From Promethearchaeota archaeon (lineage in GTDB: Archaea; Asgardarchaeota; Lokiarchaeia; Sigyniarchaeales; SOKP01), in assembly GCA_008080735.1 (NCBI GenBank), contig SHMW01000054.1, positions 1 to 28,708 on the forward strand: 28,708 nt of DNA, written 5' to 3'. Below are positions 28,573-28,708 of the stretch, one piece after another (positions within the stretch are counted from its first letter, which is position 1; each line of letters starts with the position of its first letter). The notes beneath the pieces are model-generated. The model ran no database searches. It was not told where the DNA came from and saw only the letters and a program-made list of their open reading frames with translations. The translations under genes and the position numbers were made by a program.

Positions 28573-28600
28573 CTAATATAATATTACTAATAAGTATTAC
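28573..28600. promoter_or_regulatory. Putative NikR-type operator upstream of nikMN
   Basis: CTAATA-N16-TATTAC on the + strand (GTAATA-N16-TATTAG on the coding strand), 70 bp upstream of the nikM start. Confidence 0.5.
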
Positions 28601-28708
28601 TGTCTTCAAATATAGTATGAAGCCATAATAAAAACCCAAGAAAGATCCTTAAGTATAATATACACTTATTATCATTAAAAAAAATAAATATAATTTCCCA
28701 AAATACTG

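Noticed and set aside
1-28708. CRISPR array, transposase/integrase, rRNA or tRNA genes
   Set aside because: No regularly spaced repeats, recombinase or transposase motifs, or long GC-rich structural RNA segments were seen.

Overview
AT-rich archaeal chromosomal segment, most likely from an Asgard archaeon (Lokiarchaeia-like). This rests on eS26, TrmY, two Rab-like small GTPases without lipidation tails, frequent TTG starts and GGAGG/AGGTGA ribosome-binding sites. The left two-thirds hold housekeeping and metabolic genes: an ADP-forming acyl-CoA ligase alpha subunit, a PurM/AIR-synthase-like protein, a two-subunit Fe-S fumarate/tartrate hydro-lyase, MobB, eS26, a CDP-alcohol phosphatidyltransferase, TrmY, an ABC-2 exporter and a PaaI thioesterase. 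These are mixed with lineage-specific unknowns, including a PIN-nuclease/TPR fusion. The right end is the most interesting part. It has a class I chelatase operon (ChlI/D fusion plus a CobN/BchH-type large subunit) and a nickel-type ECF module (NikM 'MHIPDG' plus PDGLE/NikN). Each is preceded by a 28-bp GTA(A/G)TA-N16-TATTA(C/G) dyad with NikR-box geometry, suggesting a nickel-linked tetrapyrrole (de)chelation system. Between them lies a secreted alpha/beta-hydrolase with two acidic C2-like domains. No rRNA, tRNA, CRISPR array or transposase was seen. All assignments come from motif recognition by eye; no database searches were run.
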